NCBI GenBank assembly: GCA_963761305.1
Contig: CAVXGK010000001.1
Location: 800,001 to 864,000, forward strand
Reading direction: 5' to 3'
DNA from: an uncultured Gemmatimonadaceae bacterium
GTDB lineage: Bacteria; Gemmatimonadota; Gemmatimonadetes; Gemmatimonadales; Gemmatimonadaceae
Length of the DNA stretch: 64,000 bases
Position 1 is the first letter of the stretch, and every line of letters starts with the position of its first letter. Both the position numbers and the translations under genes were made by a program. This document shows positions 29,940 through 39,451 of this stretch, one piece after another. The notes under the pieces are model-generated. The model saw only the letters and a list, made by a program, of their open reading frames with translations. It did not search any database and was not told the DNA's origin.

Positions 29940-30331
29940 ACGTGCTATTCCGCCGGTCTGGTGAGTCTTCTATGTAAGACGTTCCGGCAATTAGAGAACT
30001 TGATCAGCGCCGTTGCTGTGTCAGGATCGCCGGAGCGAGGGGCACCAGTAGCTGACGAGTCCCGCACCTCAGTTCAGAGGGACACTTGGCGATGCCGTCA
30101 CCGTTGGCAGACGTCGTTAGCGAAGTAGCATAGCCCGGAGCCGCGGGCAGCCTGATCGGCCCAGCCGATGGCTTCCTGCCGTGACCTGGATTGCACGCTC
30201 AGACCGGGCGCTTCCGTTGAAGGCCGTCACTCACGGCCTCATCCGTTCCGATACCGCAATTGCCGCCCCCGCCGCGGCATTGCTGAGTCGGCGGCACCAT
30301 TCATGATATGGATGGGTGCGCGGAGGAAACT

Positions 30332-31750
30332 GTGAAACGTCCAATTGCCGTCGCCTGCGCGGCGCTCGCGCTCATCGCCGGAGCCTGCAGCCATAAGACT
30401 CCCGCCGTCGCGGCCGTCGATACCGCCCCGGCCACGACGCAAGACATCATCGTCAACGTCGAGGCGTCGGGCGTCATCGAGCCCGCCGACGCCGTGCAGG
30501 TCAAGTCCAAAGCGTCGGGGCAGATCGTGAAGATGCCGGTGGTCGTCGGCTCGCGCGTCAAGGAAGGCGACCTGCTCGTCCAGGTGGATCCGCGCCAGAT
30601 GCAGAGTGAGTACGACGCGGACGTCGCGGCGCTCAAGGCGGCGCAGGACAATCTCACGGCGCAGAAGACCCAGATGTCGCGTGAAGACAGCTTGTTCGCG
30701 CAGCGCGTGATCACCGCGCAAGAACACGAGAGCGCCGGCGTCACGTACAGCAACGCGCAGTCCGCGGTCGCCGCCGCGAAGAACAACCAGCAGATCGCCG
30801 AGATCAACCTCGCCGACGCCACGGTGCGCGCGCCGCTGACCGGCACGGTGATCGACAAGGCGGTCTCGCTCGGCCAGGTCATCGCATCGGCGACGAACGT
30901 CGTCGGCGGTGGAACGACGCTGGTCACGATCGCCGATTTGGGCAAGGTGCTCGACAGCGCACTCGTGAACGAGAGCGACATCGGTCAGATCAAGGAAGGA
31001 CAACAGGTGACGGTGTCGGTTTCCGCCTACCCGAACCGACCCTTTCACGGCACCGTCACCCGGATCTCGCCCGAGGCAATCATTCAGCAGAGCGTCACGA
31101 TGTTTCCGGTGCTCGTCTCGCTCGACAACAACGAAGGGCTCCTGCTGCCTGGAATGAACAGCGACGCGACGATCGGCGTCACCCAACTGCTCGGCGTCGT
31201 CGCCGTTCCAAACGACGCCATCGCGTCGGCACAGGAAGAGTTGGCGCTGGCGCCGGTACTCGACGTTTCCAAGTCGACGACGGACTCGGTGTACTCCGTC
31301 GCGCTCGGTGGCGGAGTCAGATCGTCGTCGGACTCCGCCGGCGTGCGCGGCCGAGGGGGTCGAGGTGGTCGCGGCGGAAGCGGATCGACGCAGGCCGGCG
31401 GCGAGGTGGCCCTCGGTGGCGCGACGTCGCTCGGCACCTCGGGCGGGGCCGGAGGGGGAGGGGGAAGAGCGCAAGCCACGCATCGCGGCGTCGTGTTCGT
31501 GCAAGACACGGCGACCAAGAAGTTCGAGCCGAGAATGGTGGTGCTTGGCGGCGGCAACTATGACATGACGAGCGTCGTGTCCGGACTCCATCCGGGCGAA
31601 CGCGTCGCGTTGCTGAGCGACGTCCGCGTCCAGGCGAGTCGCGACTCCACGTTGCAACGAGTTTCGGGACGATCAGGAATCGGTGCGATGACGGGCGGCG
31701 GCGCTCGTGGGGGCGGAGGCGGCGGTCGAGGTGGCGGCCGCGGAGGGTGA
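30332..31750 (+). CDS. Efflux periplasmic adaptor subunit (MacA-like lipoprotein)
   Basis: Lipobox AGAC, VKSKASGQI, V..GD.L, RAP..GTV, V.ESDIG.IK.GQ, PGM; Gly-rich tail. Confidence 0.9.
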   Translation: MKRPIAVACAALALIAGACSHKTPAVAAVDTAPATTQDIIVNVEASGVIEPADAVQVKSKASGQIVKMPVVVGSRVKEGDLLVQVDPRQMQSEYDADVAALKAAQDNLTAQKTQMSREDSLFAQRVITAQEHESAGVTYSNAQSAVAAAKNNQQIAEINLADATVRAPLTGTVIDKAVSLGQVIASATNVVGGGTTLVTIADLGKVLDSALVNESDIGQIKEGQQVTVSVSAYPNRPFHGTVTRISPEAIIQQSVTMFPVLVSLDNNEGLLLPGMNSDATIGVTQLLGVVAVPNDAIASAQEELALAPVLDVSKSTTDSVYSVALGGGVRSSSDSAGVRGRGGRGGRGGSGSTQAGGEVALGGATSLGTSGGAGGGGGRAQATHRGVVFVQDTATKKFEPRMVVLGGGNYDMTSVVSGLHPGERVALLSDVRVQASRDSTLQRVSGRSGIGAMTGGGARGGGGGGRGGGRGG

Positions 31751-31756
31751 TGAGCC

Positions 31757-32974
31757 ATGCTGATCGGTGAAACGATTCGGGTCGCGCTCGGCTCGCTGCG
31801 CGTGAACGTCGTTCGGTCGGTACTCACGATGCTCGGCATCATGATCGGCGTCGGCGCGGTCATCGCCATGCTCGCGCTCGGGCGCGGGGCGCAGAACGCG
31901 GTCTCGGCGCGCATCGCCGCGCTTGGGACGACGTTACTGACGGTGTTGCCCGCGCAAGTGTCGGTGGGTGGCGTGGTGTCGCAGACGGATCGTGCGCCGC
32001 TCTACGCCGAAGACGCGGACTCGCTGGCGAGCCAGGGGCAATACATCACCGCGGTCGAACCGGAGATGAGCAAACAGTTACAGGTTCAATATCAAGGGTA
32101 CAATACCAGCTCGCACGTCATCGGCACGACGCCGAACTATCCCGACGTGAAGCGCTACACGATGGCTACGGGCGTCATGTTCACGAAGGCCGACGACGAC
32201 GGGCGGCGTCGGGCCGCGGTACTCGGGGCGACGGTCGTGGCGAATCTCCACGTGACCGCCGGCGCGCTGGTCGATTCGACGATTCGCATCGACGGCATTC
32301 CGTTCACCGTGATCGGCGTGATGGCGCCCAAGGGCGGCGCCTCGGGCTTCGGCGACCCCGACGACGAGATTCTGATTCCGCTCCAGACGGCGCGTTTTCG
32401 TGTGATGGACACGCGGCAGATCCAAACGATCGGCGTCCTCGCGCCGACCGAGGATCTGATTCCGAAGACGATGGCGAACATCGAACGCGTGATGCGCCGT
32501 GTCCATCACATACTTCCCGGCCGGCCGGACGATTTTCAGATCCGCAACCAGGCGGACTTTCTCAACGCGTTCGCCGAGACGACGCAGTCGTTCACTCTGT
32601 TGCTCGCCGGCATCGCGGCCGTCAGTCTTCTCGTTGGCGGCATCGGCATCATGAACATCATGCTGGTGTCGGTCACCGAGCGAACGCGCGAAATCGGCAT
32701 TCGCAAGGCGCTTGGCGCGACGCGCCGAAATGTGCTGCTTCAGTTTCTCGTCGAGGCGGTGGTGCTGTCGCTGCTGGGCGGCGCCGTTGGCGCACTGCTC
32801 GGACTTGGGGGGGCCGAGGTGATGCGGCTGTCGGCGCACTGGAACGCCACCGTGAGTCCCTCGTCGATCCTGATGGCGTTCGCGTTCTCGGCGTTCGTCG
32901 GGGTCGTGTTCGGCGTCTGGCCGGCCAACCGCGCGGCCCAACTCGATCCGATCGAGGCGCTGCGTTACGAGTGA
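31757..32974 (+). CDS. MacB/FtsX-type ABC transporter permease
   Basis: RSVLTMLGI.IGVGAVI, ISL.VGGIGIMNIMLVSVTERTREIGIRKALGA, DPIEALRYE. Confidence 0.95.
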   Translation: MLIGETIRVALGSLRVNVVRSVLTMLGIMIGVGAVIAMLALGRGAQNAVSARIAALGTTLLTVLPAQVSVGGVVSQTDRAPLYAEDADSLASQGQYITAVEPEMSKQLQVQYQGYNTSSHVIGTTPNYPDVKRYTMATGVMFTKADDDGRRRAAVLGATVVANLHVTAGALVDSTIRIDGIPFTVIGVMAPKGGASGFGDPDDEILIPLQTARFRVMDTRQIQTIGVLAPTEDLIPKTMANIERVMRRVHHILPGRPDDFQIRNQADFLNAFAETTQSFTLLLAGIAAVSLLVGGIGIMNIMLVSVTERTREIGIRKALGATRRNVLLQFLVEAVVLSLLGGAVGALLGLGGAEVMRLSAHWNATVSPSSILMAFAFSAFVGVVFGVWPANRAAQLDPIEALRYE

Positions 32975-32978
32975 CGCC

Positions 32979-33010
32979 CGCGAGAGTGCACGACTGACTC
33001 TCGCGTTTGT
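32979..33010 (+). terminator. Probable rho-independent terminator
   Basis: CGCGAGAGT-N9-ACTCTCGCG followed by TTTGT, right after the permease stop. Confidence 0.6.
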
Positions 33011-33080
33011 GCGGGTCGATTCCTGCCATGTCGATGGCTGACCTCCCGGTCTGCCTCGTCGCGAGACGAGGCCTCGAACG

Positions 33081-35498
33081 TCATCGCGACGCTGTTGGTC
33101 CGGGCATCGGCGTCCAGCCCGCGAGAACGGCGGCAGCCGTGAAACGCGCGGCGTCGGTGTCGCTCAAGACGCGTCGCGCATCGCTGTGAATGGCACCCGG
33201 GCCTTTCGTTCCGTATTCGGCGAAGCGCGCCGACGACGGCTCGTACCACACGCGCGTGCCGGTCGAGTCGACCGACGACATCCGATCCCAGCCGCGCTCG
33301 CCGATATGGTCGTCCATCCGGCAATCGATGAACGCGACGCTGGCGACGGCGCGCGGGTTGGCGAACGGGTGCCACGGCCTGCCGAGCGTCACCGAGTTGG
33401 GCGCCATCTCGGGATGCTCCTTCTTCAACCGGCTATGAAGAAATAGAAAGCCGAACGACTGGCCGGCGTCGGTGCTCGCCGCGGTGACATAGCCGTTGTT
33501 CGTCTTGCTGCCGCGGTCCCGCGACACGATGTCACAATCGTCGAACACGGCTTGGCCGGCGCCGAAGATGAAATCGACGTGGCCCCACACCTCGCAGCGC
33601 GCGAAGTAGCTGCGGCCCGAGTTGGGAAAGAGCGTGTCTTGAAAGCCGGTGATCTTCACGTTGACGAACGTCGCGCGATCGGAGCCCAGGTCGAGCATCA
33701 GCGCCACGGCTTGCATGTTCTTGAGCTTCGTCTTGTCGCTGTCCGGCTTGGCGACGTTGGCCGGATAGTCGAACGCGTTCTCGATCGTGAGGTTGTCGGC
33801 GCGGAAATCCGGCGCGACGATTCGCAGGGTGAAGCTGCCGCGCGTGCCGTACGTGCCGCCGCCCGGGTTCGGCGTGTCGGCGGCCGCGTCGTATGTGAGA
33901 ATCGTGCTGTCGCGATTCTCTCCAACGATCGAGACATACGGCCGATCGACGGTCAGCTTTTCGTGGTAGCGGCCGTTCTTCATGAGAATCGCCGCGCGCC
34001 CCACGCCGTTCGGCGGCAGCGCCGTGAGCGCGGCGCCGAGTGAGCGGAACGTCGGCGTGCCGGTGGCGCTGTCGCCGTCGGTGCCGTGGAACTTCGCGTC
34101 GACGATCGCCGCGTAGTGCGCCGCGCCCGTCGTCGACGACGCCACCGGCATCGGGACGAACTTGCCCGTGCACGGATTGGGCGGCGCGTCGGACGTGGTG
34201 CCGGTCGCCGCCACGTCCTCGCCCGATACGGAAAGATTCGACGGCCCGGGGCCGCGCGTGAGCTTCACGTGCTGCGCGACGAGCACGATCGCGCGAGGAT
34301 CGTCGAACACGACGTTGTTGAACGCGATGTCCAGCCGCCGCGCGGCGTCGTACCCGTCGAGCGTGATCTTGCCGCCGTCGAGCACGCGGACGTCGGCCAG
34401 CCGAATGTCGCGGTATTCGGGAATCAGCGTGCCGGTCGTCTCCGGCGACGCCGTATAGTGCGTGTCCATCAGGATCGGTTCCTTCGTGCGCCGGATGCAC
34501 ACGTCGCGATACTCGACGTCGTGCACCAACCCGCCCCGGCTCGCGTTCGACTTGATGCGCAGCCCGTTGTCGGCGCCGTCGACCGAGAGATCGAAGACGC
34601 GAATCGCGCTCGCGCCGCCGTCGGTTTCGCTGCCGATCGACATGCCGTGGCCGCGATAGAAATGGTTGTGCGACACGGTCATGTGCGTGCTGGCGATCTT
34701 CCCAGCCTTGACGGCGACGTTGTCGTCGCCCGTGTTGATGAAGCTCCGCGTGATGGTGACGTTCTCGGCGCTCGTCGGATCGATGCCGTCGGTATTGCGC
34801 GCGCGCGGATCGCGCGTGTCGATGCGAATGCCCCACACGGTGAAGCCCGACGCGCGCTCGAAGACGACGTGGAAGTTCCCGGAGTTCTTGAGCGTCACAT
34901 CGTACAGCGTCGCGTCATTCGACTTGGTCAAGACGATAAGGCGCGGGCAACTCTGGAAGAGATTGCGCACCTTCGCGTCCTGGGCGAGGTCCCACCACGA
35001 CACGTTCTTGCCGAGCACCTTGGCCCACCCGCGGCCGTCGATGGTGCCGGGGCCCATGATGCCGACGCCGATCGCGCCGGTCGCGGAAATGAGCGGCTTG
35101 CACCCGTGCCCCTTCCCGTCGACGGTGCCGCAGCGGCCGTCGATGTCGTAGACCTTGGCGTCGCGCGAGCCAAACAGAATCGCGCTTGTATCGACGACGA
35201 GCGTCACGCCGCGCGCGAGCGTCAGCGGACCGGTGAGGAACGCGCGCTTCGCGCCGTTCGCGCGCAGCACGACGGCTCGCCCGGCGCCGCAATGATCGAT
35301 GGCCGCCTGAATGCGGGGCGTGTCGAGCTTGGTCTCGTCGGCGTCGGCGAGCGTCGTGTCGGCGACGGGCGTCAGCTCCGCGGTGAGCGACGCGCAGGCC
35401 GGCGGCCGCTTCGGCTCGATCACGTTTCGCGTGTCCTGGGCGGGCGAGACTCGCGCGACGAGACACGCCAGCGCGGCGACGACTGCTTGGCGCCTCAT
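33081..35498 (-). CDS. Secreted GH28 polygalacturonase fused to CE8 pectin methylesterase
   Basis: GH28 motifs NTDG, GDD, GHG, RIKS; CE8 motifs QAVAL, QDTL, DFIFG, LGRPW; signal peptide MRRQAVVAALACL. Confidence 0.92.
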   Translation of the reverse strand: MRRQAVVAALACLVARVSPAQDTRNVIEPKRPPACASLTAELTPVADTTLADADETKLDTPRIQAAIDHCGAGRAVVLRANGAKRAFLTGPLTLARGVTLVVDTSAILFGSRDAKVYDIDGRCGTVDGKGHGCKPLISATGAIGVGIMGPGTIDGRGWAKVLGKNVSWWDLAQDAKVRNLFQSCPRLIVLTKSNDATLYDVTLKNSGNFHVVFERASGFTVWGIRIDTRDPRARNTDGIDPTSAENVTITRSFINTGDDNVAVKAGKIASTHMTVSHNHFYRGHGMSIGSETDGGASAIRVFDLSVDGADNGLRIKSNASRGGLVHDVEYRDVCIRRTKEPILMDTHYTASPETTGTLIPEYRDIRLADVRVLDGGKITLDGYDAARRLDIAFNNVVFDDPRAIVLVAQHVKLTRGPGPSNLSVSGEDVAATGTTSDAPPNPCTGKFVPMPVASSTTGAAHYAAIVDAKFHGTDGDSATGTPTFRSLGAALTALPPNGVGRAAILMKNGRYHEKLTVDRPYVSIVGENRDSTILTYDAAADTPNPGGGTYGTRGSFTLRIVAPDFRADNLTIENAFDYPANVAKPDSDKTKLKNMQAVALMLDLGSDRATFVNVKITGFQDTLFPNSGRSYFARCEVWGHVDFIFGAGQAVFDDCDIVSRDRGSKTNNGYVTAASTDAGQSFGFLFLHSRLKKEHPEMAPNSVTLGRPWHPFANPRAVASVAFIDCRMDDHIGERGWDRMSSVDSTGTRVWYEPSSARFAEYGTKGPGAIHSDARRVLSDTDAARFTAAAVLAGWTPMPGPTASR

Positions 35499-36670
35499 GG
35501 CCGAGCCTCGATCGTCACCGTGAGCGGTGTCGCGAGGCGACGCGCCTGGTCGTCCAGATACGCCCACCAATCGCGCACGTCGTGGAAATCGCCGCTGGCC
35601 GTCCACCCGGCGCCGATATAGTAGCTCACCGGCTCGCCGGATTTCGCCCGCGACAGCGCCAGGTAGTGATCGCTCGTCTCTTTCCAATCGACGACCGCGT
35701 CGCGCGGAAGCAGAATGCCGATCCCGAGGTCGCCGTGCCCTCCGTCCTTCGGCACGATCGGGCCCCACTCAGTGAGCCAGGCCCATGCGTTCGCTTTGCT
35801 CTCCGATCCCACCACGTGGGGGCGTTTGACGATGCCCGTGACCCACGGGATCTGCGCCGACGAGTTGTCTGTTTTGAAGATGCTGACGACGTGGTTCAGG
35901 TTGTGGCCGGCATCGAGCGCGATGCGCTTCGTCTCCGACACGCGAAGGCCGGCGGCGTCCCACGGTTGGTATTGCAGCTCGAAGATCGCGCGCACCGGTC
36001 CCGGAGCAATCACGCGCCAGCTCTTGAAGTTCAGCGCGCGGTAGAGCTTGTCGCCGCGCAGAATTCCCGTTCCGCCCGCGCCGAGCGACTCGCCGACGTC
36101 GAAGAAGTCGGCGCCTTCGCCGTTGTCGTGGTGGTACTCGTCGTGACCCTTCGCGTACCACTTGTCGACGATCGGGTCGCGCACGCGCTTGACCCAGACG
36201 TCGACGCCGCTGCTGTTGAGCGAATCGACCTTCCAGAGTCCCTGCCCGTAGATGCGATAGGCGATGCGATCGCTCTCCCACGCCACGTCGTCGCGCGGGT
36301 CCTCGTGGACCGCGTAGGCGCGCAACTTCGGCGGCGCGAACCCCGGAGCGCCACCTTCTATAAGAAAGCGCTTGGCTTCGCCCGGGCCGAACGACGACTG
36401 GAAGATCAGCTCGTCCATCGTGCCGTCGCCGTCGTTGTCGACGACCTGGGACACGACTTCGTCGCCGGCGCTCGAGCGCACCCGGACGGCGCCCGGCGCG
36501 GCGTTGGGGAGCTGCGCTCGGACGTCGCTCCACCGCACGCCGATCGTCTCGTCCGGACGGGGAACCGGCAGCGTGTTCTGCACCCGGACCGCGAATCCCG
36601 TGGTCTGCGCCGCGCCGGCCGACGCGCCGAGCACACCCGCGACCAACGCCAACCCGATGTGACGAATCAT
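35495..36670 (-). CDS. DUF4861-like secreted protein
   Basis: RDDVAWESDRIAYRIYG, SGVDVWVK, YH.DNGEG.D...VG.SLG.GG; signal peptide. Confidence 0.8.
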   Translation of the reverse strand: MIRHIGLALVAGVLGASAGAAQTTGFAVRVQNTLPVPRPDETIGVRWSDVRAQLPNAAPGAVRVRSSAGDEVVSQVVDNDGDGTMDELIFQSSFGPGEAKRFLIEGGAPGFAPPKLRAYAVHEDPRDDVAWESDRIAYRIYGQGLWKVDSLNSSGVDVWVKRVRDPIVDKWYAKGHDEYHHDNGEGADFFDVGESLGAGGTGILRGDKLYRALNFKSWRVIAPGPVRAIFELQYQPWDAAGLRVSETKRIALDAGHNLNHVVSIFKTDNSSAQIPWVTGIVKRPHVVGSESKANAWAWLTEWGPIVPKDGGHGDLGIGILLPRDAVVDWKETSDHYLALSRAKSGEPVSYYIGAGWTASGDFHDVRDWWAYLDDQARRLATPLTVTIEARP

Positions 36671-37500
36671 TTGAGTTCCCTCATGTCGACGGCTTGCATG
36701 TCCGCGAAGTCCTGATTCTCTCCACCCATTGCCCAGCAGAACGAGTACGCGGCCGTACCGCAGCCGGAGTGAATCGACCACGCCGGTGAGAGCACGACCT
36801 CCTCGTTCCGCACCACGACGTGGCGCGTCGCTCCCGGCTCCCCGAACAGGTGAATCACCACCTCCTGCTCGGGCACGTCGAAGTACAGATAGACCTCGGT
36901 GCGGCGGACGTGACGATGGCTGGGCATCGTATTCCACACGCTGCCCGCGGCGAGCGTCGTCACGCCCATGAGCAGTTGTGCCGTCTCGAGCCGGGCGGGA
37001 TGGATGTACTTGGCGAGCTGGCGGCGATTCGCGTTGGCGTCGCCGCCGAGATCGGCCTTGTCGGCGTCGTCGCGTGAGACGCGCGTCGACGGATGCGACG
37101 CGTGCGCCGGATAGCTCACGAGGTAGAATCGCGCCGGATTCGTCGCGCTGGCGCTGCCGAACGACACGTCGCGCGTGCCGCGCCCGAGGTAGACGACGTC
37201 GCGCGGCTGCACGTCGAACGGCTGGCCGCCGGCCCGAACGCGCCCCGGCCCGCCGACGTTCAGCACGCCCATCTCGCGCCGCTCGAGAAAATGCTCGGCG
37301 GCGAGCCACGCCGGCGGGTCGAGCGTGATCGGCGCGTCGAGAGGGACGGCACCGCCGAGAATGACGCGATCGAGATCGACGTGCCGCAGCGTGAGACGGC
37401 CCGGCGCGAACAGGCCGCCCACGACGAACGCCGCGCGGAGCTCGTCGGAGCTCATTGTCTTGGCGCGTTCGGCGTCCGGGAGATAGTGCATCGTTGTCAC
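36667..37500 (-). CDS. kduI: 4-deoxy-L-threo-5-hexosulose-uronate ketol-isomerase
   Basis: FLERREMG..N.GG, QLLMG.T.L..GSVWNTMP.H.H.RR.EVY.YF, SP.WSIHSG.GT, MGGENQ.F.DM. Confidence 0.95.
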   Translation of the reverse strand: MTTMHYLPDAERAKTMSSDELRAAFVVGGLFAPGRLTLRHVDLDRVILGGAVPLDAPITLDPPAWLAAEHFLERREMGVLNVGGPGRVRAGGQPFDVQPRDVVYLGRGTRDVSFGSASATNPARFYLVSYPAHASHPSTRVSRDDADKADLGGDANANRRQLAKYIHPARLETAQLLMGVTTLAAGSVWNTMPSHRHVRRTEVYLYFDVPEQEVVIHLFGEPGATRHVVVRNEEVVLSPAWSIHSGCGTAAYSFCWAMGGENQDFADMQAVDMRELK

Positions 37501-38267
37501 TAGCGAGCCATCCAGCCGCCGTCCACGACGAGGACGTGACCGTTGACGTAGTTCGAGGCGTCCGACGCGAGAAACACGATCGCGCCGGCGAGATCTGGCG
37601 GCTGGCCCCAACGACCTGCGGGGATGCGCGCGTCGATCTGTGCTACGCGGGTTGTGTTCTGGCGAAGGCGCTCCGTGTTGTCCGTGACGAAGTAGCCCGG
37701 CGCGATCGCGTTCACCTGCACATTGCACGACGCCCACTCGTTGGCGAGCGATTTGGTGAGTCCGGCGATTCCGTGCTTGCTGGCAGTGTACGCGGCTACG
37801 TTGAGGCCGCCGCTGAACGACAACACCGACGCGATGTTGATGATCTTCCCCTGACCGGCGGCGATCATTTCAGCGCCGAACCGTTGGCTGAGCAGCCACG
37901 CGGCGTCGAGGTTCGTGCGCAGCACGCGGTCCCAGTCCTCGCGCGGGAAGTTTTCGGCGGGGTATCGTGCGATGCCGCCGGCGTTGTTGACGAGTATGTG
38001 CAAGGAGATGACCTGGCGCTCGACCTCCGCGGCCATTGCTTCGACCGCGTCGCGGTCGGCGAGGTCCGCGTGGAACGTCCACGCTTCTCTGCCCAGAGCC
38101 CGGATGCGCTCCGCCGTGTCGTCAGCGCCGCCAGGACGCGAGCTGGCGCAGGCGACGTCGGCTCCCGCCTCGGCCAACGCGATGGCCAGCGCGCGACCTA
38201 ACCCTCGGCTCGCACCCGTGACGAGCGCCGACTTTCCGGCGAGCGAAAATGTTTCGAGAACGCTCAT
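37500..38267 (-). CDS. kduD: 2-dehydro-3-deoxy-D-gluconate 5-dehydrogenase (SDR)
   Basis: TGASRGLG, NNAG, GKIINIASVLSF.GG, YTASKHG, VDGGWMAR; adjacent to kduI. Confidence 0.92.
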   Translation of the reverse strand: MSVLETFSLAGKSALVTGASRGLGRALAIALAEAGADVACASSRPGGADDTAERIRALGREAWTFHADLADRDAVEAMAAEVERQVISLHILVNNAGGIARYPAENFPREDWDRVLRTNLDAAWLLSQRFGAEMIAAGQGKIINIASVLSFSGGLNVAAYTASKHGIAGLTKSLANEWASCNVQVNAIAPGYFVTDNTERLRQNTTRVAQIDARIPAGRWGQPPDLAGAIVFLASDASNYVNGHVLVVDGGWMAR

Positions 38268-39451
38268 CGTCCGAGCTCGATCGCCGCGAGGAGAAAGGCC
38301 CCGACACCCTTGTAATCATCGGCGACGACCGGTTCGCTCACGTAGTACTCGTACGAGCCGTCCCGCGGCGGATCCCCGCCGAGACCGGCGACTTTGCAGA
38401 TGCCGCGGATCGACACGAGGCCATCCTCGCCGGTCGTCACGAACTGTTTGATCATGCCGTCGAATGCACGCGCGGCAAGCGAGTGGTACTTCGGCGCGAG
38501 GTAGCCGAGCCGCGCGCCTTTGGCGAACGAGTAGGCGAACATCGCCGACGCGGATTCCTCGAGGTAGTTGCGCGGGCGACTCGGCTTGTCGAGCACCTGC
38601 CACCACACACCGGTCGAGTCCTGCACGCGCGCCACGGCGTCGGCGAGTTGCTGCACGATTCGAATCAGTGCCGGCCGATCGCGGTGATTCGGCGGCAGGT
38701 AGTCGAGCACGTCGATCGCGGCCATCAAGTACCAGCCGACCGCTCGCCCCCAAAAATTCTTCGATCGTCCCGTGACGGGATCTGCCCACGGTTGGCGGTG
38801 CGCAGAGTCCCAGGCGTGGTAGTAGAGGCCAGTCGCCGAATCGCGCAGTTGATGCGCGACGATCAGGAATTGGTGCGCGACGTCGTTCATCGCCGCCGTG
38901 TCGGCGTGGCGGGCGGCGAATTGCGCGTAGAACGGCTCGGCCATGTACAGGCCGTCGAGCCACATCTGCTGCGGGTAGATCTTCTTGTGCCAGAAGCCGT
39001 CGTTCGCCGTCCGCGGCTGCTTGTCCAGTTGCGCGCGCAGGCGACCGGCGGCGTGCGCGTAGCGTGGATCGTGGGTCGCGTCGGCGAGCGCGAAGAGCAC
39101 GCGGCCTTCGTTGATCTGGTCGAGATTGAACTCGGCCTGTTGGTACGTTCTGATCGACCCGTCAGAGCTCACGAGCGAGTCGATGCTGCGTTTCACGTAG
39201 TCGGCGTATCGCGCATCGCCGGTCGCGGCAGCGAGCCGCTGCATTCCGAGAAGGACGAGTCCCGCTGTGTAGTCCCACTTGTCGAGCACCGCCGGCGGAC
39301 TCCGGCGCATGACCGACTCGGCGATTCGCACCGACCAGGTTCGGTCGGCGGCTGCGCGATGCGTGGACGCGTCGCGTCCCGGCGTCTGCGTCTGCGCAAG
39401 CGCAGGCAGCGCGCCGACGGCGACGGCGACAGCGAGCGCGCGATGCCTCAC
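38264..39451 (-). CDS. GH105 unsaturated (rhamno)galacturonyl hydrolase
   Basis: WDY..G, NLD.IN.G, GFWHK..YP.QMWLDGLYM, YHAWD, FWGRA.GW, E.SASAM, ICKVAGLG. Confidence 0.92.
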   Translation of the reverse strand: MRHRALAVAVAVGALPALAQTQTPGRDASTHRAAADRTWSVRIAESVMRRSPPAVLDKWDYTAGLVLLGMQRLAAATGDARYADYVKRSIDSLVSSDGSIRTYQQAEFNLDQINEGRVLFALADATHDPRYAHAAGRLRAQLDKQPRTANDGFWHKKIYPQQMWLDGLYMAEPFYAQFAARHADTAAMNDVAHQFLIVAHQLRDSATGLYYHAWDSAHRQPWADPVTGRSKNFWGRAVGWYLMAAIDVLDYLPPNHRDRPALIRIVQQLADAVARVQDSTGVWWQVLDKPSRPRNYLEESASAMFAYSFAKGARLGYLAPKYHSLAARAFDGMIKQFVTTGEDGLVSIRGICKVAGLGGDPPRDGSYEYYVSEPVVADDYKGVGAFLLAAIELGR

